Assembly (NCBI RefSeq): GCF_037042905.1
Contig: NC_087246.1
Location: forward strand, 62,001-126,000
Direction of reading: 5' to 3'
DNA length: 64,000 nucleotides
Origin: Lytechinus pictus
Taxonomy: Eukaryota
This document shows, one piece after another, positions 63,648 through 64,000 of this stretch. The stretch's first letter is position 1; each line of letters starts with the position of its first letter. The notes under the pieces are model-generated. The model did not search any database. It was not told where the DNA came from and worked only from the letters and a program-made list of their open reading frames with translations. The translations under genes and the position numbers were made by a program.

Positions 63648-64000
63648 TCCCCAGTGGTAGCCAACATGTTCATGGAACATTTCGAGGAGACAGCTCTCCA
63701 GTCAGCAACCCACAAACCCAAAGTGTGGCTTAGATATGTGGACGACACTTTTGTGGTTTGGCAACATGGAGCTGAGGAAACTAGCAATTTCTTACAGCAC
63801 CTCAACTCTCAACACGAGTGTATCAAGTTCACCATGGAAATGGAGAATGAGGGGTCTATCCCCTTTCTTGATACGAAGCTTACGAGGACGGCACAGGGAT
63901 CCCTATCCCATCAGGTTTCTCGCAAACCTACTCACACTGATCGCTACTTGAACTATCGTTCATTCCACCACCCATCAGTGCTGAGATCCACCAACAAGAC
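63648..64000 (+). mobile_element. Penelope-like element reverse transcriptase, 5'-truncated, running off the window
   Basis: Open frame SPVVANMFMEHFEE...WLRYVDDTF...IKFTMEME...IPFLD...RKPTHTDRYL. Confidence 0.92.

Overview
Repeat-dense, AT-rich animal genomic DNA. The SINE, HINE and MITE content suggests an echinoderm such as a sea urchin, but this is inference. Two convergent spliced genes are present. (1) The 3' part of synergin gamma (SYNRG, + strand) has six phase-consistent exons from 7465 to the stop at 28965. (2) The 3' end of a very Cys-rich protein gene I cannot name (- strand) has exons 54236-54081, 50712-50641 and 45460-45377. The ORF track largely misses this second gene. In both genes the last codons plus the stop codon are tandemly duplicated into the 3' UTR (82-bp x4 and about 53-bp x~7). 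The rest is a nested pile of transposons: a young CR1/L2-type LINE broken by two DNA-transposon insertions; several Helentron-associated (HINE-like) families with internal tandem arrays; an AcademH derivative carrying a RecQ helicase fragment; Kolobok, piggyBac, Tc1/pogo, Ginger-like and Harbinger-like MITEs; a family that appears to make a 1-bp TSD; tRNA-derived SINEs; and Penelope fragments. Many TA sites carry TACATGTA-type insertions that look like Tc1/mariner excision footprints. Coordinates and translations were read by eye, and no database searches were run.
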